From: Balanoglossus misakiensis
Taxonomy: Eukaryota; Animalia; Hemichordata
Direction of reading: 5' to 3'
Assembly: GCA_040954595.2 (NCBI GenBank)
Contig: CM082581.2
Coordinates: 11,406,286 to 11,470,285 of the forward strand
Length of the DNA stretch: 64,000 nt
In this document: piece by piece, positions 13,501 to 26,785 of the stretch
How the letters are laid out: each line of letters begins with the position of its first letter
How positions within the stretch are numbered: position 1 is the first letter of the stretch
Program-made: the position numbers and the translations under genes
Notes under the pieces: model-generated
Database searches by the model: none
The model's input: the letters and a program-made list of their open reading frames with translations, nothing else
Told to the model about the DNA's origin: nothing

Positions 13501-16500
13501 GAAACAGTGCTGGAGACACAAGAAGATTTCATCAGCTCCATCGAGTAATACTACCTATCGTAATAAAGACTGCCATCATACAGCTCAGTCAAGCGTTTCA
13601 TGTAGTTAATGAAGCGTATCTGAACAATCTTTAACGGTGGAAATATGCCACTGAATAGCACAATTGGTGCAAGGATACACCCATTAGTTACTTTATATTA
13701 TTTTTCTCCATTTCTCACCGTTTATTTTTTTGTCGCCAGCTTACTCAATAATTGAAATCATCAGTAACCGATGTTGATGCAAACTGGGGGAGGGGGTAAT
13801 TAACAGGAGCTATGCACTGTTCAGTAATATTTCTTACAGGGTATTAAAATGTTCACTTAATATCAAGAAAGGGGTATTTTGAAATAAATTACTGCATGTC
13901 CAACACCACCTGTCAATAACAAATCGATAAGGTGCACTTTATAAAGTTGTTGACGCTAAATACACACATTTAGTGTAATCTTCAGGATGTGACAATGTGA
14001 TAACATGATAAATTTCTGAAATAAAATCGTAAAACTAAAAACAAACATTAGAATGGTTCGTAAACACATATGATAATAATCTTGTTATTCAAAAAACCCT
14101 CAAAGGCCGCTATGGTTTCTGGAGCTGGCAACTACAATCACATTATGAGGGCGCCATCAACTTAAATGGACATACAGCTGTCAACACAAGGATCCAGGTG
14201 TGACAAATGGTGGCATTAAATAACCTGAACGGATCGAATACTGACCCACGTGTACAACTATCTGTAAAGCAGTGAATTCTGACACTTATATTCTGTCATC
14301 ACATTGTACTAAATAAATAAACTGCGGGAAGGTTTGGTAAACATGTTTTAAGCTTTCACAATTCTCTTCCTTTGTCAGGGTTCCATTTCACTCACATGTT
14401 TAAATGGTGATCACCAGACTAGTGATAGTTTAGACTGTACTACATCAAAAATGGGGAAAGGGGTACCCACACAGAAGGTACAAAAAAACGTTTTAAACCA
14501 TGTTCATCTTCTGGAGACAGCAAGTAATAACAGTAGTCAAGCAAATAAATTGTAAAAAATCAACGGGCTACAGTATTCGTGTTAATCGCTTAAGTGTTGA
14601 GTGTGTGCAATTTCCACGCGAGGTGAGATCGCTCTGTGCACAGCTGCGACAGATAATCATTAAATTTCACTGGTTTTGACCGTGTCGATTTCTTGTTTAT
14701 TTACATAGCGGTCTACCCGCTTTTAATCAAAGGTGGATTTACTGTAATCCTTGTGTAGCAAAGGTGATTTCGCTCAGCATGACCCTGAACTGAAGTGAAC
14801 CCTATTATCGGGTAATTACCGGAGCTGTGACATTGGCAATATCATCAAACAGCCCCGCATGATCTGACATTGAAATTGAACTTTCGGGTAGGAGGCGGCA
14901 ATAATCAGCCTTGGAGATGCATCTCTTTGACAATTATGTAAATTCTGGCAAACAGGAAACGGCAGGCACCTTCCGATGATTAAGAATCAAAATAAAATGA
15001 TTGCTCATGATAGGAATTCATTAGGAGAGAGATTTTCAATGTTTAAAGTATTTATTTGCTGAGTGGTGAGTACTTGCTCATGTTATTTGTATTTCGATCT
15101 TCTTCCGATTAGAGACAGATAATGGCAGCGAATATATTCTAAAACAGACCGCAACAAATTTATATTTACATGTACCGGTATATTGTAATGACGCATTCAA
15201 AATTCACATTCCAAAGAGACATGAACAGATGTACGAGCAGAAAAAAATCGCTCCACTTGTCGTCTTCTCCCTAAACTTAGATGTGGACAAACACTGAGGT
15301 ATTATTTTATCACTCGAACTGAAATCAGTTTATTTTTCTCTTCAAGTTACATGTTTACTCATATGTGTTTCCATCATTAAAATGTCTTTCTTCTTGATCT
15401 ACGGAGACAAGACACACGATCTGTATTAGGAGGGTAAACCCTCCAACATCTTTACATCTTTAGTTGCTTCACTCAGAACATATCATATAGCAATGTCTCT
15501 TTCCGTTATAATCATAATATCTGTAGTGAACAAACATTATATGATTAATGATATTAGCTTTGAGGATATAGATATATGAGATATCATCCTATGTTGTGCG
15601 ATTAAAATTATTGCAAGACCATTATTTTCTTATATAAACGCAAATGTTTACCCATTTTTTATTTTGACAAATTAAAAAGTAAGAATCATTTACAAACCAT
15701 ACAGGTCATGGACGTGATAGAGTTGTTCAGATATATACACAATTTTTTCCTGGGAAAGTATGGTTTTAGGACAGTCTAAGCTAGTTTTATTAATAACTCG
15801 CCCTTGCCTCGAAAACATATCAAGCCATATATCTTCCAGCATGTATGGTTTCCCTGATTAAAATGACAAGGAGTTCATGGTCAGTATGGGGGTTTCTGTA
15901 GAGTGAATGTTAAACCTTAATCACAATTAGAACAGTTTCCAATTTTTCACAGGTACTGTACAGAAAGATAAAATTCTTAATTACAGTGCTCTTAAATCTA
16001 CATCAATATGAAAAGAGTTATACATATTGCGGTCTTACAGGGAGGCCATAATATTTTATGGTTCTGTTATTACTTTTCCATGACTACATACGAATGCTAC
16101 ATTACCACAAAGCAAAATCCTAAACCACAATCCGACAATGACGAGAAATGCGGGACTGTTTTTTAAAGGACGGAAGTAATTACCCTGTGAGTATTTATTA
16201 TTTATTGTATCCGTATTGGCTTTACGATCCCGCGGCTTCCAGATTTCCTGAGGAAGGGAAATGGGCAAAGGTATCTTCGTTTGACATCGTATGCGTTTCG
16301 GTGTGTAAATGGACTTGCTATGAAAAACATTAAACATTTCATTGTTCTTGCATGTAAGTTAGTTACTGCCCACTTTGTTTCTGCTATAAGTATGGCCGCA
16401 GAAACCAGTCTAACATCAATCACGTGACTATCAACAAGTTGAAGGGAGGCGACAGCAGTCGGTATCACCTCTAAAATAAAGTAGCAAAAAATTACCATGA

Positions 16501-19500
16501 TCGATTTCATCTAGGACGAGGAACAAATTTCCTGCGTCTAATAAATTATTTCCGGTCTACACTACACACAATACGGTGAAAGAAACTGAAATCGATTCGA
16601 GTTCACGTTCTTCGAAATGTACAGCTTATTTCGAATCCCTGACAAAACTACATTTGTGAAGTTTCATTTAATTGTGAGCTACCAAAGACAAAATTGGTAT
16701 GTTTTCTGTCATTTCTATCATTAATTAACCGCAAGTCGCAAAAGTGGTATTTCCTCATTGGCGAGGATTGTAAAGCTTTAGTTCATTTCATGAGTTCAAA
16801 CTTTGTCCTCAGAACAGTCCTAAAAATAGTGTATCGATTGATCTACATATCATGTGTTTACAAGACGACAATTTTAATTGTCTAGTTGCCCTCGTCGTAC
16901 TAGAATATGGCGAATTGGGGTTGGAAGTTTAAGTGTACATAAAGAGACATTGGGCAGTTCATCTTGCGTCAGGGATTTTAACACGAAACTGCAGTAAATA
17001 GACAAAACACTGAAACAGTGAAAAGTTAAAACCAATGGAGCTTTGAGATGAAATCTGTCAGCCTGTGTCTTGGTACTTTTCCCGCCAAATGCAAACTCCC
17101 AATCTGCTTTGTAATTCCTCGTGATAATCACGCGTGCAAAATGAATCCCATGATACCATATTTACTATAAGGCAGAGATCATCATGTGATTTAACCAAAT
17201 TGCAAACGTCACAGCAAATGGAATTTCTCGAGTGTTGAGCCGAAGCGTTTTAAAGTAATTGTACATCAACGTAAACAAGACGATTGTGCTAAAGTGCGTG
17301 TGCCCTGCAGCTAAACATAGTAGGGACAGGCAGCAATTATCTGTTGAGGAAAAACAAAACTTATGCTGCAATGTCTCAAAATCGTGTTACAGAATCTGAA
17401 TTCAAACATACATACACATCACACACACCGTGATGTACAGACAATCGATGTGATATTTATCAATTATCCATCAATTTTGATATCCACTTGTTCAATTATC
17501 TATCAGTGTCCATGTATCCCAAGACGATTAGCAGAGAAGTTTGGAATGTAGCAGTTTTGGCAACGAGCAACTTAAGCTTTCATTTCTCCCTTTGTACCGT
17601 CTGTGCCATGAAGGGGGCAGTCGCTAATGAGGAATGGAAATTCTCGGTGATTTCGCATTTTCTGCAAACGTCAACACGATAACGTCAGCGCGCGTTGAAA
17701 CCGGAGAAGATAACGTTGTTGACGCGCTCACAGAGAATTCCCCGGATGAAGCGTATTAATAACCATCTTTTGTGATGTTTCTCGTAGCTGGCGCCAGGTT
17801 CCGACGAAAAGCATATTGTAAATCGTAAGCACGGTTCCGACCTCGTTCATGTGAACTCCCCAAGAAAGCCTGTCAGGTTATCATTGTTATCCAGCCAATT
17901 ATAGCGTATTATCGCTTATCTTTCAAATTTTTAACGAATTATACGTCAAGGCAACTTTGATATCTAGGAAACAGACTGCCTGACTTTCCACAATTTGCCA
18001 TTATTATGATAATTCTGGCATTATCTCAGATGTCCTCCAGGGTGTCACAAAAATCCTCCACAACCTCCAAGCCTGTGTAGAATAGTAACTGGACAATTAC
18101 CCTCTCCCCCGGGGGGCAATTAACATTCGAAAGACGGCACCAACCACCTAATGATGCCTATCTGGGGTATTTGCATGTCCCATGGTAAATGTTCTACAGG
18201 TTGTATACTTCTATTCTGTGTGCCATTGATTATTCATAAATTGTAAAGGTCATAACAAAAACGCAAAACAAATACATGCACTATGACAAAATGTGCAAAA
18301 ATCAACAGAGTACTATATGTACTATATGGCACAGTTACGTTCTCCTTAAATAAACCAGGTCTGCTCGTTTTAACATACAGGTATTTTATTTGCATGCAAT
18401 TATCCCAAAATAGTTCCAAGCGCGTTAACGATGGAACAGATTGTTCACCTTAACTGAATAGATGTGGAGTTTATCACGTCTAAGACCAAAAGACGTTGCG
18501 TATCAGTTCACCGGAATGCAGACACAAACGAATTCAATCAATTCGATTTGACATACAGCAATTATATTAAGTGGTGGCAAGTGACATTGCTAAGCCTGTT
18601 TGAAAAGTCAGCATACGTAGTCGAGAAAGACTAAGATATGAAAATGCACGGCACAAGACCTGTTTAGTTAGATACAACTTTGCAAAGAGACGTTATATGA
18701 ACACCAATATAATTGAGTTACCGGCACTTTGTAGTGTATCCGGGTTATAGACGCGCTGAAAAACAACTCAATTGACGTCATTAAGGTATAAATTCTTTGT
18801 CAGGTCAGCAAAGTCTGTTAACTATCGATTGCTAAGATACAAAACAAGCCGTTGTTTTCAACATTACGTGTACTATAAATTTAGTTAATTTAGGATGATT
18901 AACGATAATTAAAGCGCTGCGAAAAGGAATCGGGTGTCATGTGCTTCGAAAAAGCAATTAGAACAAACATGGCTGTCAGGGAAGATGTACATCCATAGGG
19001 ATTAATTCAAGTTTTCATAAAATATTATAAAAATAGGACTTATCTTGGACACATACAACAATTTAAAGAAACAAAAAATTACTGAATTTTTGAGGGCTAA
19101 TGATACGAATTTCCTGTCTTGGAAATTAGCCCTACTAGAATAGTGTAATGAAAAAGGTTACGAAAGACATGCGGTTAGAAATGCATCCTTCATTGAATTC
19201 AATTGCTTATAATTGTATCTAATATGACAGCCATTTGGAAAATCCTATTTTCTTCTCGTAATAGCTCCTAGTCATTGTAGCCCCTGGCAACATGTCTCAC
19301 GCTCGGAGACTCAATTACTCGCATGGTGCAAATATGTGCAGAGCTCTGTGAATGTTTTCAGTTGCCGGTGGATAAATATATTAAGTCTGTAACCGCAACC
19401 GTCCTCATCATTAATATAGAATTTGAATGCATAAGTCTGGTGCGGGCGAGCAGTATACAGAGACAAGGCGATCCGTCATGCGACTAGACTGAGACTGCTC

Positions 19501-22500
19501 CATGCCAGAGGGAATGCGATATTGTTAATATGCAGAGCTTGGATGACTTGGCGTGTTACGTGTTTGGCTTGGTTTTACGTGTTCGCAAATAACCGATAAG
19601 AGCAAAGCGGACGCTGGACTCTCTTCAATGGACTCAACAGTGTGCATCTTAAGTGTTATAAAAATGGAGAACCACATTTATAATGAAGGAATCTTCATAA
19701 TTGAAATGACTTCTCTTACAGTCTATAAGATCTGCTGAGGCTTACATATTGGATTCACCTAATTTTGTCTAATTTGGAAGTGTAGTAACTCCACGTGTTC
19801 AGTATTTATGGACACACCACTCGATCTACATGTTAATCTCAGACAAATGTGTTTAAACCCATTTAAGTTGTCAATCAACCGTATTGTACAACTGTAAGTA
19901 CTTTAGAAATTAAACGCTCAGAAAAATGTTATGAAGTAGTTCAAGGTTAACATCGACCGAATTCACCGCCTGAGGGCGATTGTACTGGTGACGGATTTGC
20001 GTTGATGACACGCATTTTCTGTTACATGTAGTTTTAAAAAGTTTTGATAGGTGAAGGTGAAGTACCGTATATATTGACAGACAGACAGGGGTACATGTAG
20101 TAAGCTGCCACTCTGTGTATATGCCAGTGTATGCTAACATGTCAATTTAATTCAGAAATACCCAAGACTGCACACAAGTCGTGTTAGGCTAAAGTTTCCC
20201 GTTTAGGACTTGAACAACCAGTGAAAAATTGTCGAAAGGTCAGACTTTTTTTTACTTGATACATGTAGATTGATGACAGGCAGTGGCATAGCCCGCATTG
20301 TCAACCGCCGATCAAATAGATTGCCCACGGCAATTATATTGTATGCACAATCTGATCTATTGGACTACTTTTAATGCACGGTATTAAATATTTAATGACG
20401 TCTTTTTAAAAAATTTGCACAGCAAACATGCCTTTGAAACAAGTCATTAATATTTCACAATATTATCATTGCTTTGACATATCAGTACTAATATGATACT
20501 CGATTATTATTGCACAGGTTTTCATTCGGTTTATCATCGCCCAGTATTATCTTCTCTTGGGAATACTATATGGAAATTAGGCGTTTTTTGTTAAATGAGA
20601 GGATTACCTCGACTCAGGAATTGGCAGAGCCAAGTTTCCCAGAATGATAGTTCTGAGCTAAGATTTTGTCCATTAATAAAACACGTTCATTCTAGATAAG
20701 AAAATATACAATACCAGCATGTCAATTCAAACCCTAAAAAGGCCAAAACTGAATATAATCTACAACAATCAACATAGGAGATGAAAACTCGCCAGAGCCA
20801 ACATGGCATGCATGCTGGGAAGGGAACCTTTCTGCACCATGGACACAATTTACGATTACTACTTTAATTAATAATGGCATTTCTCATGTCTGCTGTCAGG
20901 AGGACAGAGTGCGGGTGTTTATCAAGACATTTAACATTTGAAATTGACACATAACAAATTAAAGGGAATCAGGTGGAAATCCCACAACATTAAGGACACT
21001 TAAGTATAACCTCAACTGTTATTGTTTGTGAATGAATTATTACATCATTAGACTTGACGTATGGTCGTGGTCTCCCAAGAGCAGAGAATTATAAAAGACG
21101 GAAATCCGACGGTAACCCCTAACTAACGTCAGAGGCTGGAATAAAATTATTTGCCTGATTTCTTGAAATCTTTTAGTATTAACGTTTTATATTTCAAGCT
21201 GATCCCATGCCCATTTTTCAAGTTGATTGCGCTGGCGGATCGTCATAGATGACTTTGGAGTAATTGCTTTGTCAAAACATGTTTTAATCAAAAGCGGACA
21301 GAATGATTTACTTGGCCTCTGAATTTTCACACAGCGTTCTTACACGGTTGAAGCTTGATGTCTGCAAACTAGCCATGGATGGTAAAAATGTAATAACTGT
21401 CTGTCTGTCTAAACGGCATGGACTATGGGGAGGGTGGCACATGTGCAAACAATTCCCGAGACATTTTTTCTGATACGTCTAATTTTGCGGAGAAGTGAAT
21501 GGCACGGCAGGTGGTACTTTGTGTAGTGAATTACTTGAAATCAAAATAGATATTGATCTCTACAATCTTCTTCATTAACTAAATTGAATCGGACTTAAAG
21601 AAATTAGCTTTTGACATCGCCAACAAATCTAAGTACTATACTGATGCTCGTATTCATTGTGAATTATACCGTACAACATTCCTATATGGAGTCGCCCATC
21701 CAAAACGAAAGGGTCAATCATTTGGTTCAATTTGACACTAGGTCACGATACACTATTTATGCAAAGAAACCAAATTTCTCGGCAAAATGACAGACAAATT
21801 CTGTATTATGACTATTGAGAATGTTTTTGTCCCAATGCAATGGTCACATCAACTTTTAATTGTGGGCGGTATCATGGGATATCAGTTTCGTTGTTTGCAA
21901 TTTCCTGAAAAGATGATCAAACTGCTTCATTGAATGTCAATGTCCACCTTAGCTAAAAGTAGGACGAAGTCATTACATGTCTACGTCTCTTTTTCGAAGT
22001 TGACAATTATCAATGGCGGAAAGATATCAACGTAACGCGGAGGAGTTGAAATTTGCAAGTAAATAATTCAAGTTGACGACATTTTCTTCTGCAATTTAAT
22101 TTTTGTGAGTGATTGGTACATGGTGCAGTTTTAAAGCAAAACTAATCTCAGAAAATAATCGCGACAGATCAATTGAAAACAGGATTTATCTGATTTCAAT
22201 AATTCATCAAGGATTCTAATCAGCGCAGAGCTGATGAGGCCCAATGGCCAACAGAATCTTCTATTTAAAGAAACTGGCGATGGTGGCGCTGTTTAAACCA
22301 GATACGAACTGTCCCTGAAAAAACCCTCGTATTTGACTGCAATGTGTAATCATAGCTACGAACCACTGCAGTGATTTACACTATCGTCAGTAAGTTTAAA
22401 CAAATTTCGGCACACTAATTATGGACAAACATGGTTGTAATTATTTGGTCTGGCATCATGGCTAATTAGACGATATAGCATACTAGGCGATACATGTGTA

Positions 22501-22629
22501 GAAATCAGTCGACTATTTCATCAGAAGCTACCAATCACGGAATGTGGAAAAAGGTTCATTGATGATAGCGCCACCAGTGGTCCATTGTGTAAATTACGTA
22601 GAAAGAACAACTGCACGCCTGGCCTTTAA

Positions 22630-22648
22630 GAGCGCCATCTAACGGCCA
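22630..22648 (-). promoter_or_regulatory. CTCF-like binding motif
   Basis: Minus strand TGGCCGTTAGATGGCGCTC vs consensus TGGCCACYAGRKGGCGCY. Two weaker related motifs at about 22275-22291 and 22566-22582. Confidence 0.45.
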
Positions 22649-25523
22649 AAAGCATATTTTTTGGTGTGGAAATTAAATATCGCAAGGTTCAGACGAATGT
22701 TGTGACGTTTGAAATCAAACAACGTAATTACGATGAAAATGTTATGCGTCGATGGTGAACCGTTAAACTTTTCTTACTTTGACTGCCATCATAGCTCTGT
22801 GTGTTATTTTAGAAGTATATTCTGGAACGGCCATTTTCAGATTGCTTTTAATCCATTTATGATTTATGTTTGTATTGTTCTCGGGACCACATAGATTCGT
22901 TTATGATGTCGTAAAACTGAGAAAAATATTCATGGGATTATAAATAATAAATAATGCGTGATACAGGTAGTGACGGTAAGTCCATATACACTCAAACACT
23001 ATGCATTGGCATAGGATAAGATTGATGCAGGTTGGTATTGTGTGGTGTTAATATAAACTGTGCACGTATCAATTATTGTGGTTTTCATCAGGGCCAATGC
23101 AGTAACCTATATTTTAGTGTTTCCTGATTTGTATCTTCCAATGGCGAAAACGGCTGCCTTGGGCGTTCTGACGGAAGTCGCAGTCTAGTTAATTAAACAG
23201 GAAAATATTATACCGACGCCTTTGGGCTACAGGAACCATTCAATATATAACTAATGCCATGTATACAATCATCTCTGATTTACATGTCAATATATGGTCA
23301 AATGGGCATAGCTGTCTTCTTATGGCCATGTGATGGCGCACTTTTCATGTGGGCACCAACTGAAAAACGGTGATTGGCTACATCTGAATTTGTGAGCCCA
23401 CCTACACTCCTGGACTATGCAAAACCCGATATGCAACTGGCTTTCTATATTTAACGACACAATGCTTAAATTTCTCACCAGCTCAGCTCCAAAACCAGTA
23501 ATGGTGTCAAAGTGGTAACCAAAGATATACGAAATTTCCAATCGATATCGCCGTTAGAGTCTCTTAAAGACCTTTGACAGTAATGAACATCGATTGCCAA
23601 GTATTTGACCTTCACTTGTTTGCTTTTCATCTCATGAATTTTCCAAATCAACATGGCGTCATTCAAATTGGTATTTCTGCACATGGCGTTTCTGCTTTGA
23701 GTTCTCTCACTCTCTGTCTTTGTTTTGTTCGTCCTTCTGACTATATTTCTGTCACGTGTACAGTTTCGCGCCACTACCACTGTCTTTCCACGGCACTTCC
23801 GCCGATAGAGAAACGTGTCATCGTCTTCGACATTAAATGGGCGTCTTTTTTTAATAAGTGGACGGCCTTCTTCATTGTGAAGCTGCAAAATGAGACCTCA
23901 ATAGACAAAATTTCATGAAAGAAAAACGCTGAAGGAGAATCTTGCGATTGATGCACTTTTGATTACTTGTGGTGCAGCAAGGACGTTCCTCTGTAAGTGA
24001 CTAAAATGTAACTGGAAAATGACTTTGACTGAATGAAAGCGACCAGACAGAAACACAAACACAATTTGAAGGAAAGATCGAAATGAGCTTCACCTTCAAA
24101 TTGACTGCACATTATGCATTGATGTAAAACTTTCTTATCGCCGGCTTGCCGGGACTTGCTACAAGGAAATACGAGAATCAAATGACATCAAATACATTTC
24201 ATATCAAACTGAAAATGCCATACAATGTTAATTACCTTGAGATTCCTGTCATCAAAAGACAGTATTCAAGATAAATTTGTTATCACAAAGGGTTTCCCGT
24301 CTGTGGATATGATTGCAATAAGTATCATTAACGTTTCTGCTAGCTTTAAAATGGATTGGATTGCAATGCAGAGACCTTCTTAGAGGTTCTTGATTTTCTG
24401 TATCTGGAGTGACACATGCCTTGTGACACATTACAACTATGATGCTTTTCGTCTTCTAGTTGGCTGTTGCAAAGTTTCCTTTCCCGTTTCAACAGGTTGT
24501 TGGTCATGTTATCTATGTGCTAATATTGACAACCCATATTCACATTTCTTTGATAATAGTACATTTTAGTATTTTCGGAAGCAAAATACCCATCATGGCT
24601 AATAAACCATGTCTCACCAATGTTCACAAGAAAGCTTGATGAATCCGACATTCAAAAGGTTCTAATACCTTCCCATTTGAGAGAGACGACAATGCAGCAT
24701 GACGACTAAGCCCTACATTTAAGCGTTTGTACAGACCTTGAAATGATATTCAAGAACGTGATGTATGCCTGCTTGGTATTACTGAAGGCCTACTTCGATT
24801 AATATGTATTAACATTGCAATGCCTTGAATGAAGCGGATGACGCTCGTCTTGTCCATGCGCTTACTGTACAGTTATCGTCAAGGTTTTGTGGATTGAAGG
24901 GTCAGAGTATTCATTGGAATATGCTCACCTACGCTGTTAAAATAAATTAGCCCAATGGGGCAACTGATTGACAGAAGTCCTCCTTCCATGTGATGAAAAT
25001 AGATGATTCAGAAAATGTTTTTTCCCCTCGATTCAAACAAGTGCTTCTCCATCACGTCAAACAATATCAAATTTCTACTAAACGTTTTTGGTAACTGAGT
25101 ACATATTCAGACTAATTTACATGAGCTTACACGCAGTGCTTGTTGTCAGGTAATGTAAAAAGCCATGGCCACAACGTCTTTGTAATTGAGTTTATTCGAA
25201 CAATTTAAGTGAAACCATACACCCATCTTTTAAGCCGTATCTGAAACACATGATTCTGAGCCTCAGAACCAAGCACGTGATGCAGAAGCCTTGTTGCCAT
25301 AACTACGAACGTACGCTCAGACATGCGCAGTTGTGCTGTATACGTATACATACAGGTGGGATATTTTATAATCGCTTGTCTAAGAGTGCAAGAACAGGGT
25401 GAACTGAGCACGAATGACACGACATTAAGAAAACCTGGACCGGGTTGAAGGATTGCAGCATTGGCGTAAACTAACCCATGAACATCCATTCAGTGAAGTT
25501 GCCAGCATCTCTCATCGAGGGAC

Positions 25524-25549
25524 TCTAGCATTGCCTTCTGTTCATCCAG
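25524..25549 (+). promoter_or_regulatory. 3' splice acceptor 18 nt upstream of the D1-like ATG
   Basis: tctagcattgccttctgttcatccAG|gactgcaaagttttaactATG. Confidence 0.6.
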
Positions 25550-25567
25550 GACTGCAAAGTTTTAACT

Positions 25568-26785
25568 ATGGAAGCACAACTGGAAACAATGGCTTCAGCA
25601 CAGCCAGATTCTGGACGAGATGTAACGACGCACCCGGAACTAGAAGCTGCCAATTTCACTTTTGATTCACTGAAGGTTGAGATACCAGTTGGAACACTGC
25701 TTTTGGGAGTAACATTGTTCACGCTGTTTGGCAATTGCCTTATCTTCTATGCGGTATTCACATTCAAACGATTGAGAACTTCTTCCAATTTTATCATCAC
25801 CAGTTTGGCCGTATCAGACCTCCTCACTGGACTTCTAGTTATGCCTTTTCGAGCAATTTCCGATCTCTCTGGTACCTGGCATTTCGGAGCTGCGTTTTGT
25901 AATTTGTGGATAGCCATCGATGTTATGTGTGAAATCGCGTCTGTTTTAAACCTCATTCTTATTAGTGTTGATCGCTGCTTGGCGATAAAGTTACCTTTCC
26001 GCTATAAGTTTCTGATGTCGAAGTTTAGAGTGTTTGTGGCCATCTCCATCATATGGGTAATTGCATTCGTGTTTGCTTTCACTCCAGTGTATACTGGCTG
26101 GAATACATTTGGACTCAACGAGCAAAATTTCATCACAACTGAAAGGGGAGCCTTTTGCCTCTATCAGATGAGTATAGACATCGCACTCATTTATGCTACG
26201 CTGGCATTTATTACACCTTCAGCCGTAATGCTTATTGTATTCTGTCAGGTCTATCGAGCTACCAGACTACGAAGTCGACGAATCAACATAGTGGTGGAGC
26301 CCCTAACACAGAGCCGTTCACAAACTGATAACGCCGATCGAGTAACCACGGGCGTGCCCGCAATCAACAAATCAATAGAAAGCCGCGCCTGTAAGAAACT
26401 TGGAATAATCCTTAGTATCTTCATCATTTGTTGGACGCCATTCTTCACCATACAGTGTCTTCGCTCGTACTGCCCCGGGTGTGTCAGTCCTACCGTCCAC
26501 AAAGTCTCCTGTTGGTGGGCAACCTGTGACGCTGCCATCATTCCAGCTATGTACATTCGACTGAACGCTGGTTTCCGGAAAGTCTTCCTTTCCATTCTGG
26601 CCCGCTTCTTTTTCTGTATCGGTGAAGTGGAAATGTTGGACGACGAAAACTCCAACTCTCTGACGAATTATTCACAGAATCCACCATCCAATCGATCTAC
26701 AATTCTCAGTGAACATGTAGAAACTCCGTCCTTGTCTCATACAACTCGAACGCCGTTGGCAGATTTATCTCTGTCGAGAACATAG
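25568..26785 (+). CDS. Divergent D1-like (Dop1R1/DRD1-related) aminergic class A GPCR, 405 aa, single coding exon
   Basis: Seven hydrophobic segments. Motifs: GN (TM1), SLAVSD (TM2), WHFG..FCNLWIAIDVMC with D3.32, DRC..PFRY, W4.50, P5.50, CWTPFF and an ECL3 CxxC. TM2-ICL2 closely follows the D1-type pattern (SLAVSDLL..VMP..W.FG..CN.W.A.D.MC..AS.LNL..ISVDR..AI..PFRY). Short ICL3 and long S/T-rich C-tail. Confidence 0.93.
   Translation: MEAQLETMASAQPDSGRDVTTHPELEAANFTFDSLKVEIPVGTLLLGVTLFTLFGNCLIFYAVFTFKRLRTSSNFIITSLAVSDLLTGLLVMPFRAISDLSGTWHFGAAFCNLWIAIDVMCEIASVLNLILISVDRCLAIKLPFRYKFLMSKFRVFVAISIIWVIAFVFAFTPVYTGWNTFGLNEQNFITTERGAFCLYQMSIDIALIYATLAFITPSAVMLIVFCQVYRATRLRSRRINIVVEPLTQSRSQTDNADRVTTGVPAINKSIESRACKKLGIILSIFIICWTPFFTIQCLRSYCPGCVSPTVHKVSCWWATCDAAIIPAMYIRLNAGFRKVFLSILARFFFCIGEVEMLDDENSNSLTNYSQNPPSNRSTILSEHVETPSLSHTTRTPLADLSLSRT

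Noticed and set aside
20830-20850. RE1/NRSE-like TTCTGCACCATGGACAC (also a half-site TTCAGCACC at 29992)
   Set aside because: Mismatches at conserved positions and no GCGCC tail. REST function in this taxon is unknown.
25525-26655. Antisense ORFs (69, 69, 134 aa) over the D1-like CDS
   Set aside because: Shadow frames of a coding sequence, with no independent motifs.
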